DNA of 64,000 nucleotides, from NCBI GenBank assembly GCA_041690395.1, contig JAWLHJ010000005.1, forward strand, positions 288,001-352,000. The letters are read 5' to 3'. The notes under the pieces were generated by a model. That model did no database searches. It was given only the letters and a program-made list of their open reading frames with translations, and was not told the origin of the DNA. This document shows positions 37,862 to 48,081 of the stretch, in pieces (the stretch's first letter is position 1; each line of letters starts with the position of its first letter). The stretch is from Longimicrobiales bacterium. Its GTDB lineage: Bacteria; Gemmatimonadota; Gemmatimonadetes; Longimicrobiales; Gaopeijiaceae. Position numbers and translations under genes: made by a program.

Positions 37862-38187
37862 GCTTCCTCCGCGACCCCGTCGAGCCCCTCCCAGAAGCGC
37901 TCGAAGGTTCGGCGGGTCTCCCGGAGCTTCTCGAGGCCTTCGGGGGTCACGCGGAACCACCGCCGCTCCCGCCCGGTCTCGGTCTCGGACGCGGCCTCCA
38001 TCCGCGACCGGACGAGCCCCTTCTCTTCCAGCCGGCAGAGCGCGATGTAGACCGCCGCCTGAGATATCTCGCGTCCGCCGCGCTCCTCGAGCTCGAGGAC
38101 CATGGGCACGCTGTACGATTCTCCGCCCAACTGGAGGATCGTCAGCATCACCTGCTGCTCGAACTCACCCAATCCACGTCGTCCCAA
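37858..38187 (-). CDS. PadR family transcriptional regulator
   Basis: LGEFEQQVMLTIL, AAVYIALCRLEEKGLV, RRWFRVT. Confidence 0.9.
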   Translation of the reverse strand: MGRRGLGEFEQQVMLTILQLGGESYSVPMVLELEERGGREISQAAVYIALCRLEEKGLVRSRMEAASETETGRERRWFRVTPEGLEKLRETRRTFERFWEGLDGVAEEA

Positions 38188-38300
38188 ATCCGCCTCCCCG
38201 TCGAGCTACCGTACGTTGCGACTAGCGCCGTTAGTCAACGTGGAGGGGATGGGGTGTCCCTGTCAAATACGTTGTTAGTGAGTCGGCGCGAGCCGCCCGC

Positions 38301-39848
38301 TCACCCGCCGAAGAGTCTCGGCAGGATGAGCGTCCCGGCCAGCGTCACGACGATGACTGCGACCAGGTTCACCCACAGCCCCACCCGCACCATCTGACCG
38401 ATGGTGACGTAGCCGGAGCTGAACACGATGGCGTTCGGCGGCGTGCCGGCGGGCATCATGAACGCCATGGAGCAGGCGATGGCGGTCGAGGCCATGAGCG
38501 CGACCGGCGGGATGCCCAGCGTGATCGCGATGCCGGCCGTGATGGGCATGGCCATGGCCGTGACGGCCGTGTTGGAGGTGATCTCCGTGAGGAAGACGAA
38601 GAGGGCCACGGTCGCACCGATCACGACGATCGCCGGCGCGCCGGCGAGCGCGGCCACGCTTCCTCCGATCCACTCCGCGAGCCCACTCGAGGACATGCCC
38701 AGCGCCAGGCTGAGCCCACCACCGAACAGCAGCAGCACGCCCCAGGGAATCTGCGAGGCGGTCCGCCAATCGAGCGCGACCGAGCCCGACCGCCAGTCCA
38801 GAGGCCACGCGAAGAGTGCCAGGGCGGCCAGCATGGCTATGGTGGCGTCGGTGACCTCCGGGAAGAGCATGGTGAGGCCGGGCAGGGTCACGAAGCCCAG
38901 ATCCTTAGGCACGCGGGCCATCCAGGCGGCCACGGTCAGGAGGAAGACCAGGGTCACGTACCGCTCCCCTCGGGACGCGGGCCCGAGTGAGGCACGCTCG
39001 GCCGCGAGGAGCTCGGCGGGATCGCCGGCCGGTGTCTCGGGCGGGTAGAGCACGACGAGGGCCAACCAGGAGAGGGGAAGGAGCAGTCCCGCTACCGGAA
39101 GCCCGACGGCCAGCCACTCCAGGAAGCCGATCTCGATGCCGAGCAGCTCGGACGCGGCGGCGGCGAAGAGCGCGTTGGGTGCCGTCCCGATGAGCGTCGC
39201 GACGCCGCCGATGGAGGAGGCGTACGCGATGCCGAGCATGAGCGCGACGCCGAAGTTGTACGAGCGCCGAGGGTCGCCGTGAGCCGCCTCGGCCTGAGCG
39301 GGCGTCCGGGCCGGCTCGAACATCCGCCCCAGCGCCGTCGCGATCGGGAGCATCATGGCGGCCGTCGCCGTGTTGTTGATCCACATCGAGACGAAGGCGG
39401 TCGCGAACATGAAGCCGAACAGGAGCTTGCGCGGGCTCGTGCCGGTGCGGCTCATGACCGCGAGGGCGAACCGGCGGTGCACCCCCCAACGCTCCATCGC
39501 CCCGGCGAGGAAGAAGCTTCCCATGAAGAGGAAGATGATCTCGTTGGCGTACGGGGTGGCCGCCTCCTGCATCGTCGTGATGCCGAGGAGCGGGAAGAGC
39601 ACGAGGGGGAGGAGCGCGGTGGCGGAGATGGGCACCGCCTCCGTGAGCCACCAGCTCCCCATGAGCGCCAGGACCGCGGCCACCTTCCATGCCACCGGAG
39701 AGAGCGGGGCCGGCGGCGGGATGACGAGCAGGAGGAGGAACAGGGTCACGCCGAGCACGAGCCCGATCCGGCGCGCGGGACTGACCGCCGGGGGCACGAG
39801 TCCGCTCGGCGGCGTCCCGCCCGTCTTTGCCTTCGGTCCGACCGTCAT
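38301..39848 (-). CDS. DASS/SLC13 family dicarboxylate or sulfate:cation symporter
   Basis: WWLTEAVP, SMWINNTATAAMMLP, SIGGVATLIGTAPN, TEITSNTA, AFMMPAGTPPNAIV. Confidence 0.93.
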   Translation of the reverse strand: MTVGPKAKTGGTPPSGLVPPAVSPARRIGLVLGVTLFLLLLVIPPPAPLSPVAWKVAAVLALMGSWWLTEAVPISATALLPLVLFPLLGITTMQEAATPYANEIIFLFMGSFFLAGAMERWGVHRRFALAVMSRTGTSPRKLLFGFMFATAFVSMWINNTATAAMMLPIATALGRMFEPARTPAQAEAAHGDPRRSYNFGVALMLGIAYASSIGGVATLIGTAPNALFAAAASELLGIEIGFLEWLAVGLPVAGLLLPLSWLALVVLYPPETPAGDPAELLAAERASLGPASRGERYVTLVFLLTVAAWMARVPKDLGFVTLPGLTMLFPEVTDATIAMLAALALFAWPLDWRSGSVALDWRTASQIPWGVLLLFGGGLSLALGMSSSGLAEWIGGSVAALAGAPAIVVIGATVALFVFLTEITSNTAVTAMAMPITAGIAITLGIPPVALMASTAIACSMAFMMPAGTPPNAIVFSSGYVTIGQMVRVGLWVNLVAVIVVTLAGTLILPRLFGG

Positions 39849-40224
39849 GACCGCGGCTCCAGCGCGTTGGCGATCACCGACGCCAGGATGCCGACGGCCA
39901 GGATGCCCGCAACCATGGCCAGGCTGAATCCGGCCGGGATCGAGTCGATGGCGAACATGACGTCCGACGACTCGACCATGAGGAGCACCAGGAAGAGCGG
40001 CGTGGCGTGCCGGACCCCGTCCCGCGTCGTGAAGAATCGTGCGCCGTCGAACTCTGTCGTCACCGGCATCCAGCGGCGAGCCAACCGGTACGCGAGGTTA
40101 CCCTCGGGCCACGCGAGCGCCGTCCGCATGGGAATGACGTGCGGGCGGCGGTTGAACACGCCCAGGTCGAGGGCGAGGAGGAGCAGGATGACGAGGACGA
40201 ACCCGCTCCACACGAGCGTGGTCG

Positions 40225-40228
<4 letters not shown>
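39845..40228 (-). pseudogene. TerC/Alx family gene with two in-frame internal deletions (127 aa)
   Basis: TerC N-terminus LALDLGVFNRRPHV, central PVTTEFDGARFF...ATPLFLVL...DVMFAIDSIPA and the final TM helix are joined directly. Confidence 0.75.
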
Positions 40229-41565
<1,337 letters not shown>

Positions 41566-41616
41566 GAGGGGGAGGGTGTCGGAGGAAATGATGACGAGGA
41601 AGGAGGGCGGCGCGAG

Positions 41617-41646
41617 GGCCTCCGCCCCCGAGCGGGGACGGAGGCC
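41617..41646 (-). terminator. GC-rich hairpin after small-protein copy B
   Basis: Minus strand GGCCTCCGTCCCC-gctc-GGGGGCGGAGGCC, followed by a pyrimidine-rich tract. Confidence 0.45.
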
Positions 41647-41661
41647 TTCTCGGGCCGTGGA

Positions 41662-41856
41662 TCACACGGGGGTCTTGGTCCCGCCCCCGCGGGGCCGGCC
41701 GAACCACAGCACGGCGATCGCGGACGCCACGATCAGGATCAGCGCGAAGATCGACGCCGGGTCACGTGGAAGGGACTGGAGGACTTCGTTGCCGGTGAGG
41801 CCGTCGTCGGCGCTCTGCAGCGCGAGGATGGCTGGAAGAAGAATCTGGGTCGTCAT
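41662..41856 (-). CDS. Small single-TM membrane protein, copy B (64 aa)
   Basis: LQSADDGLTG...LPRDPASIFALILIV...VLWFGRPRGGGT. Strong SD GGGAGGGG. Paralog at 42485-42694. Confidence 0.8.
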   Translation of the reverse strand: MTTQILLPAILALQSADDGLTGNEVLQSLPRDPASIFALILIVASAIAVLWFGRPRGGGTKTPV

Positions 41857-41957
41857 GGTACACCCCTCCCGGGGGTGGTCGGACTACGGTTCTGAGCAGG
41901 CCCCGCGGGAATTCGTGGGGCGCGGAATCTCGGGAGCGGCCGTGTGGCCACTCGTGC

Positions 41958-42320
41958 TCAGGCGTGGGGAGGGGCGTTGGCAGGTGCTGCGTGGAGGCCC
42001 AGGAGCGACGCGCTCGACCGGACCGGCTCGAGCTCCGGCGTGCTCGGCCCTTGGACTCCGTGTGCGGGCGACGTGGGGCGCGGTGAGGCGCGTCCACCGG
42101 AGCGACGGGCACGCGGCGGGGATGATGCGTCCCCGGCATGCAGGGTGGCGGTCCAGGCAGACGTGGGCACCACGACGGCAGTGCTTCCGTCCTGCAGGGC
42201 GACGCCCGGCCCGACGTCGGGTCCCGTGCGGGTCGACGGCTCCGGGTACGACAGAGCCCCGACGCATACGATGAAAAGCGTCAGGGCCAACCAGCGAGCC
42301 CGCTTCACGGCCTCGCGCAT
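41958..42320 (-). CDS. Signal-peptide leader ORF ending LLGLHAAPANAPPHA (candidate arrest peptide), copy B
   Basis: N-terminal basic plus hydrophobic segment, low-complexity linker, and a C-terminus conserved with 42784-43146. Confidence 0.7.
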   Translation of the reverse strand: MREAVKRARWLALTLFIVCVGALSYPEPSTRTGPDVGPGVALQDGSTAVVVPTSAWTATLHAGDASSPPRARRSGGRASPRPTSPAHGVQGPSTPELEPVRSSASLLGLHAAPANAPPHA

Positions 42321-42484
42321 CGTTCGCTACCTGCCTGTAGTCGCCTCCGTCGCGGCGGTTCGGACGAGCCGCTGCAACGGACCTGCGGGAAATTTAGCGT
42401 GCCGGGGGTCCGACAAGAAGATCCCCCGCACCCCCGCGAAGGCCCCCGCCCCCGGGAAGGGACGGGGGGCTCGCGTGCGGGTAG

Positions 42485-42694
42485 TCAGCTCGCTCTGTCC
42501 TGCGCGCCGCGGCTCGCGGTTCCGCCGCCGCGCGGCCGCCCGAACCAGAGCACGGCTCCGGCGCCCACCACGATCAACAGGAGTGCGAAGATCGAGACCG
42601 GGTCGCGGGGAAGGCCCTGGATGATCTCGCTTCCGGTGAGGCCTTCATCGGCGCTCTGGAGTGCCACGAGGGCCGGCAGTATGTACGTCGTCAT
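42485..42694 (-). CDS. Small single-TM membrane protein, copy A (69 aa)
   Basis: MTTYILPALVALQSADEGLTGSEIIQGLPRDPVSIFALLLIV...VLWFGRPRGGGT. Same SD as copy B. Confidence 0.8.
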   Translation of the reverse strand: MTTYILPALVALQSADEGLTGSEIIQGLPRDPVSIFALLLIVVGAGAVLWFGRPRGGGTASRGAQDRAS

Positions 42695-42783
42695 TGGATA
42701 CACCCCTCCCTGGGGTCGACAGTCTGAAGAGGGCCACGGGAACCGTGGCCCGAGTACGTCCGGCGCGGCCGTAGGCCGCGGGC

Positions 42784-43146
42784 TCAGACGTGGGGAGGGG
42801 CGTTCGCGGGTGCGGCCAGAAGGCCCAGGAGCGCGGCGCCTGACCGGATGACGAGGAGGTCGGGGTTGCTGGGACCCCGGAGCAGGGCTCCCGCGCGGAG
42901 CTGCGGGTGCCGACCCGCCCGGCCGGTATGGCGCTCGGGCGTGGGCGAGGACGAGTCCCCGGATTCCGCGGCACTGGCCCACGTGGAGGTGGGTGCCGCG
43001 GTGCTGGGGACGCCGCCCTGCAGGACGAGCCTCGCCCCGCCGTCCGGCCCGGGAAGGGCGGACGGTGTCGGGAACGCGAGAGCCCCCGCGCCGATGAGGA
43101 GGAGCGCCAGGGCCGTCCCGCGAGTCCGCATCAGGGTCTCGCGCAT
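42784..43146 (-). CDS. Signal-peptide leader ORF ending LLGLLAAPANAPPHV (candidate arrest peptide), copy A
   Basis: MRETLMRTRGTALALLLIGAGALAFP...; 120 aa, the same length as copy B. Confidence 0.7.
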   Translation of the reverse strand: MRETLMRTRGTALALLLIGAGALAFPTPSALPGPDGGARLVLQGGVPSTAAPTSTWASAAESGDSSSPTPERHTGRAGRHPQLRAGALLRGPSNPDLLVIRSGAALLGLLAAPANAPPHV

Positions 43147-43295
43147 CGGCTGTGTCCTGCGACGGGTCACGAATGCCCGGCCACGCCGTTCGGCCGCGGC
43201 AATCGTCGAAAGCTAGCTCGTCCGTTCCGGGTGACGAAGCCCCGGGGGTGGCGGACCGCAGTGGCGGTGCCGGCCCCCCGGGGCGGCCCGGGTGT

Positions 43296-43823
43296 TCAGA
43301 GCTCCGGGAAGGTCAGTCCGAAGCGCCGGCACAGCCCCGGCACGCTGTCGAAATCCATCTCGAGGTCGAACTCCGCGTTGATGCGGGCGAAGGCTTCCAC
43401 GTCGCCCCACGCGTCGGCCACCTTACGGAAGTAGTCCTCGAACCCTCCGGGCGAGATCACCTCGATGATGTGACACGGGGTGTCGCCCGCGTTCCAGAAC
43501 GTGTGCCACTGGCCGCGCGGCTTGAAGACCCAGCTGCCCGCCTCGGCCACGACGACCTCGTCCCCGAGGAGCGCGCCGAGCTTTCCCTCGAGCACGTACG
43601 AGTACTCATCCTCGTTGTGGTGGCGATGGAGCGGCGCCGCGAGGGCGTGCGGGGCCAATGGATGATGGACGACGCTGAAGTGTCCGTCGGTCGCGTCGGC
43701 GTCGATCTTCCAGTGGACGCCGAGCCCGCCGAAGTCGAAGCTGTCGCCCCCGTCGGCCGGGATCCGGACGGCGGGGCTCGCGTGTTCCTGGGTGGGTGCG
43801 CTGGAAAGGCTGGAGGGTGTCAT
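43296..43823 (-). CDS. Cupin domain protein
   Basis: PLHRHHNEDEYSYVLEG, KPRGQWHTFWN, ISPGGFEDYF. Confidence 0.9.
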   Translation of the reverse strand: MTPSSLSSAPTQEHASPAVRIPADGGDSFDFGGLGVHWKIDADATDGHFSVVHHPLAPHALAAPLHRHHNEDEYSYVLEGKLGALLGDEVVVAEAGSWVFKPRGQWHTFWNAGDTPCHIIEVISPGGFEDYFRKVADAWGDVEAFARINAEFDLEMDFDSVPGLCRRFGLTFPEL

Positions 43824-43951
43824 GGTCTGCTCCTGGTTCGTCTTCTCTGGGATCGTAGGGAGGGCGTCATTCGGGGTACCGACCGCCCTCGCCGTCCCCT
43901 GCGCATCTCTTCACGCTGTTGAGACACCTCATCCCTCCGGAGACCCTTTCC

Positions 43952-44161
43952 ATGCCTTACGTCAATGTCCAGATCACGCGCGGCGCGACCCGAGACCAGA
44001 AGCGGACGGTGGTCGAGGACATCACTCGCTCCCTCGTGTCCGCGCTCGGCAAGAAGCCCGAGCACATCCACATCGTCATCCAGGAGATCGAGGAGGAGGA
44101 CTGGGGCTTCGACGGCATGCTCACCGACGAGTGGCGGGCGGCGCGGCGCGGCGCCGGGTGA
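43952..44161 (+). CDS. 4-oxalocrotonate tautomerase family protein
   Basis: Catalytic Pro1 (MPYVNV), QKR, IHIVIQEI...WGFDG. 69 aa. Confidence 0.9.
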   Translation: MPYVNVQITRGATRDQKRTVVEDITRSLVSALGKKPEHIHIVIQEIEEEDWGFDGMLTDEWRAARRGAG

Positions 44162-44239
44162 GCGGGACGACGCGCGAGTGGCGCGACGGCTGCGTGGCGC
44201 CCCGGGTGAGCGGATGACGCGCGACGCGGTTCGCGACCC

Positions 44240-44289
44240 TTGACCTGAATGTCTCAGTTCAACAGATTGACCTGAGGCGTTCAGGTGAA
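44240..44289 (+). promoter_or_regulatory. Two tandem 23-bp palindromes, putative PadR operators
   Basis: TTGACCTGA-N5-TCAGTTCAA (44240-44262) and TTGACCTGA-N5-TCAGGTGAA (44267-44289), upstream of padR. Confidence 0.7.
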
Positions 44290-44319
44290 CGTCGCCATCA
44301 TTCGTCCGGGGAACCGATC

Positions 44320-44661
44320 ATGACACCCACGCCCATGGGCCCCGTGCAGGGCACGCTGGAGCTGCTCGTCCTCAAGTCGCTCGCGACCGGGGGCGAGATG
44401 CACGGCTTCGGGATCCTCGACTGGATGCGCCGCACCACGGGCGAGGAGATCGTCGTGGAGGACGGCGCGCTCTACCACGCGCTGCACCGGATGAAGAAGC
44501 GTGGGTGGGTGAGCGCCGAGTGGGGCGTCTCGGACAAGGGACGCCGGGCCCGCTACTACGGGCTCACCGACAAGGGACGGGCCGCGCTCGCCGAGGAGGA
44601 GGCGCGTTGGTCGAGATACGTGGCGGCGGTCGCCCGCATCACCGGAGCGGAGCCCGCGTGA
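44320..44661 (+). CDS. PadR family transcriptional regulator (acidobacterial-type)
   Basis: QGTLELLVLKSL, HGFGI, GALYHALHRM, WGVSDKGRRARYY. Confidence 0.93.
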   Translation: MTPTPMGPVQGTLELLVLKSLATGGEMHGFGILDWMRRTTGEEIVVEDGALYHALHRMKKRGWVSAEWGVSDKGRRARYYGLTDKGRAALAEEEARWSRYVAAVARITGAEPA

Positions 44662-44674
44662 CGAGGGGAAGTTC

Positions 44675-47401
44675 GTGATACGTCTGTCGCGGATTCGCGA
44701 AGTGCTCGGGGCGATCGTGCGGCGCTTCGACCCGTCGGACGACGTCGACGAGGAGATCCGGCATCACCTGGAGGAGATGGTGGACGCGCTCCGGGCGGAG
44801 GGCCTGCCGCGCGAGCGGGCGCGGCGCGAGGCGGAGCGGCGTTTCGGGAGCGTGCGACGGCATCGGGATGCGTTGGTGCGGTTGAACCGGAGGGGGGAGA
44901 CGATGCGGAGGGGACTGGAGACGGCACGGCGCGTGTGGGGCGAGGTGAGGCAGGCGGCGCGGGGGCTCGCGCGAAATCCCGGATTCTCGCTGGGTGTGCT
45001 CGCGACGCTCGGGCTCGGCATCGGGGTGAACGGGGCCATGTTCGCGGTGACGGACCGGCTGCTGCTGCGTGCGCCGGATCACATCGAGCGCCCGGACGAG
45101 GTGCGTCGGGTTCTCACGCTCCGCAGCAGATTCGACGCTCCCTCCTACGGGGCTTCGATGACGTATCCGGACCTCGACGACCTTCGGACGGTGGGTGAGT
45201 TCACCGCCGCTGCCGGCTACTCGGGTCCACGCACCAGGACCCTGGGCGAAGGCGCCGAGGCGATGCGCGTGGAGACCGTCGGGGCGAGCCACGACTTCTT
45301 CACGCTGCTCGGAGTCGGTCCGGCCCTGGGACGCTTTCCGTCGCCTGAGGACGACGAGGTCGAGGCCGCCCCCACGGCCGTGCTGGACTGGGACTTCTGG
45401 CAGCGGAGCTTCGGTGGAACGCCCGACGTCCTGGGCACGTCCATCGAGATCGACGGGGTCGCCTACACGGTCATCGGGGTGACGCCCCGGGGCTTCACCG
45501 GCGTCGACATGAGTCGGGTGGACGTGTGGATCCCGCTCGTTCCGTACGGGATGCTGCAGTGGGGCCGGTACGACTTCCATGAGAGTCGCGGCTTCTGGTG
45601 GATGCGCCTCATCGTCCGCGCCGAGGATGATGCGCGACTGGCGGCCGCGGAGGAAGCCACGACGGCCCTGCACCGGAACGCCCGGCAGGAGGAGATCGAG
45701 ACCGGGCGCTACGACCCCGACGCACGCATCGTGACGGCTCCGCTCATCGCGGCGCGGGGGCCACTGGCGTCGGACGAGTCGCGGGTCGCGCTCTGGCTGT
45801 CGGGCGTGGCCCTGTTGGTGCTGCTGATCGCGTGCGCGAACGTGGCCAACCTGCTGCTGGCCCGCGGTGAGCAGCGCAGGCGAGAGGAGGCCGTGCGGCT
45901 CTCTCTGGGCATCTCCCGCGCGGGGCTCCTGCGGGGAGCCATGCTCGAGGCCCTGATCCTGGCGGGCGCGGGCGGCGTGCTCGCGCTCGGGCTCGCGCAT
46001 TGGGGCGCGGTCGTCATCCGGGACACCCTGATGCCCGACGTCTACTGGGCCGGGTCGGCGGTGGATGCCCGTCTGGCGGGGTTCATGGCGGGCGTGGCCA
46101 TGGTCGCCGGCCTCGTCGCGGGGATCGGGCCGGCGCTCCGGAGCGCTCGTGCGGACGTGGCCGTGCAGCTCCAGAACGGCGGGCGGGGCAATGCCGGCCG
46201 TCGCTCGCGCCTCCGGAACGGCCTCGCGGTGGCCCAGGTCGCACTCTCCGTCGTGCTGCTGGTGGGGGCCGGCCTGTTCGTCCGCAGCCTGGCCGAAGTG
46301 CGCGGCCTCGACCTGGGAGTCGACGTCGATCGGCTGGCCGTCGTCCGGCTCGAGGTCGATGGAACCGCATCGATGTTCGGTCAGGAGACGGAGGAGGAAC
46401 GAGTGGCGAACACCGCCCTCTACGAGGAGGCGACGCGCATCGCCCGGGAGGCGGACGGGGTGGCCTCCGTCTCGCTTACCATGTCGCCGTTCGGATGGGC
46501 GTTCTCCGCCGGGATCCGGGTGCCTGGGCTCGACTCGATTCCCGATCTCCCCGGCGGCGGTCCGTATTACGTGGGTGCCGACGAGCACTACCTGTCCACG
46601 CTCGGTATCGAGGTGCTGAGAGGCCGCGGCCTCGAGGCCGCCGATCGAGCCGAGGGAACCCACGTGGCGGTCATCAGCGAGACCATGGCGCGCACGCTGT
46701 GGCCGCGTGAGGACGCGCTCGGCAAGTGCTTCTACCACGGAGAGGAGGAGGACACGCCGTGCACGACGGTCGTTGGCGTGGCCGAGGACGTCACTCGCGG
46801 GTCTCTACAGGAGGAGGCACACATGGCTTACTACGTGCCTCTCACCGTGGATGGCCCCGCACCGCGCGGGATGTACGTGCGGACTACGTCGGACGACGCG
46901 GCGGCCGTCGCCTCGGCGCTGGCGCGTCCGCTGCGCTCGTTCTCGCCCCGCGTGCGCTACGCGTCCGTCGAGACGCTCCGTGACGCGCTGGATCCCCAGG
47001 CGCGCGCCTGGTCCCTCGGCGCGACGCTCTTCTCGGCGTTCGGGGTGCTGGCGCTGCTGGTGGCGGTCGTCGGGCTCTACAGCCTACTCGCGTTCGACGT
47101 CGCCGACCGCACCCGGGAGCTGGGCATCCGGTCGGCGTTGGGCGCCAGCAAGCAGGGGCTACTCCGCGGCGTCGTGGTTCGCGGCGTCGGGCTCGCCGTG
47201 GCGGGCGTGGCTCTCGGCTCGACGGTTGCCCTGTGGCTGGCGCCCAGAGTGGAGGACCTCCTCTTCGGCGTCGCCGCGCGCGATCCGCTCGTCCTCACGA
47301 CCGTGGCTGTCGTGCTCGTTGGGGCCGGCGCGCTCGCGTCCTGGGTGCCGGGCATGAGGGCCACGAGTGTCGATCCGATGGAGGCGTTGCGGTCGGAGTG
47401 A
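44675..47401 (+). CDS. ADOP-type duplicated ABC permease with permease-prefix domain
   Basis: DVDEEIRHHLE...AERRFG, LGLGIGVNGAMF, LLIACANVANLLL, RELGIRSALGA, VDPMEALRSE. Confidence 0.92.
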   Translation: MIRLSRIREVLGAIVRRFDPSDDVDEEIRHHLEEMVDALRAEGLPRERARREAERRFGSVRRHRDALVRLNRRGETMRRGLETARRVWGEVRQAARGLARNPGFSLGVLATLGLGIGVNGAMFAVTDRLLLRAPDHIERPDEVRRVLTLRSRFDAPSYGASMTYPDLDDLRTVGEFTAAAGYSGPRTRTLGEGAEAMRVETVGASHDFFTLLGVGPALGRFPSPEDDEVEAAPTAVLDWDFWQRSFGGTPDVLGTSIEIDGVAYTVIGVTPRGFTGVDMSRVDVWIPLVPYGMLQWGRYDFHESRGFWWMRLIVRAEDDARLAAAEEATTALHRNARQEEIETGRYDPDARIVTAPLIAARGPLASDESRVALWLSGVALLVLLIACANVANLLLARGEQRRREEAVRLSLGISRAGLLRGAMLEALILAGAGGVLALGLAHWGAVVIRDTLMPDVYWAGSAVDARLAGFMAGVAMVAGLVAGIGPALRSARADVAVQLQNGGRGNAGRRSRLRNGLAVAQVALSVVLLVGAGLFVRSLAEVRGLDLGVDVDRLAVVRLEVDGTASMFGQETEEERVANTALYEEATRIAREADGVASVSLTMSPFGWAFSAGIRVPGLDSIPDLPGGGPYYVGADEHYLSTLGIEVLRGRGLEAADRAEGTHVAVISETMARTLWPREDALGKCFYHGEEEDTPCTTVVGVAEDVTRGSLQEEAHMAYYVPLTVDGPAPRGMYVRTTSDDAAAVASALARPLRSFSPRVRYASVETLRDALDPQARAWSLGATLFSAFGVLALLVAVVGLYSLLAFDVADRTRELGIRSALGASKQGLLRGVVVRGVGLAVAGVALGSTVALWLAPRVEDLLFGVAARDPLVLTTVAVVLVGAGALASWVPGMRATSVDPMEALRSE

Positions 47402-47449
47402 CGGCGCCCTGAACCCGCGGCCAGGGGTACGGGGTGGTCGGGGTGGGCC

Positions 47450-47954
47450 GGCAGCTTCGGAGGTCGGCACGCGGGTGCTGGGCGGGTGGGCAGCTTCTGG
47501 GAGTCGGCACGCGGGTGCTGGGGAGCGCCCCCCGTGTTCGCGAGCGCCCCCCCGTGCTGGGGAGAGCCGCCCCCCGTGCTCGCGAGCGCCGCGCCGTACC
47601 GACGATCGTGGCCGGCCGGTACCGGGATGCGGTCGCGGAGGCGGTCGCGGAGGCGGTCGCGGAGGGTGCCGGTGGCAGAAATCGCACATCGGTGCCGCCG
47701 CGAGGCGGCGGCGTCATTTTGTCGCCAGATGTGGCGCCGGGTCTCACGAGCGTCAGAGTGGCCGGTCTTTGCGCGTCATCGTTCCGCCACATGAGGTAGT
47801 CGACACGACATGCGCGGTGTGGCCTCTCCGTCATGTCATCTTTCCGCCAGGCTCCTTCCGGATTCCGCCAGGCTCCTCGTGGCCGACGATGGTCCCCGTC
47901 CAGGCCCCCCGGCGTGGCGGCCCCGTCCAGGCCCCCCGGCGTGGCGGCCCCGTC
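47450..47954. repeat. Cluster of unrelated short tandem duplications
   Basis: GGCAGCTTC..GTCGGCACGCGGGTGCTGGG x2; CGCCCCCCGTG(T/C)TCGCGAGCGCC x2; GCGGTCGCGGAG x3 (47629-47664); TTCCGCCAGGCTCCT x2; a 27-nt unit x2 (47894-47954). Confidence 0.85.
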
Positions 47955-48081
47955 AGCGCCCTCCGACGTGACGGTCCCGGAGCGCCCACCGCTGGCCACG
48001 TCTCCCCGCGGCCACGTCCCCGCGCGGATCTCGTCCCCGAACCGCATGGGCTTGTCCCGGGGTGCGACGCAGAATGGATGC

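Noticed and set aside
41566..41960. yybP-ykoY (Mn) riboswitch upstream of the TerC-containing operon
   Set aside because: I could not identify its conserved loop sequences by eye; an Rfam scan would be needed to exclude it.
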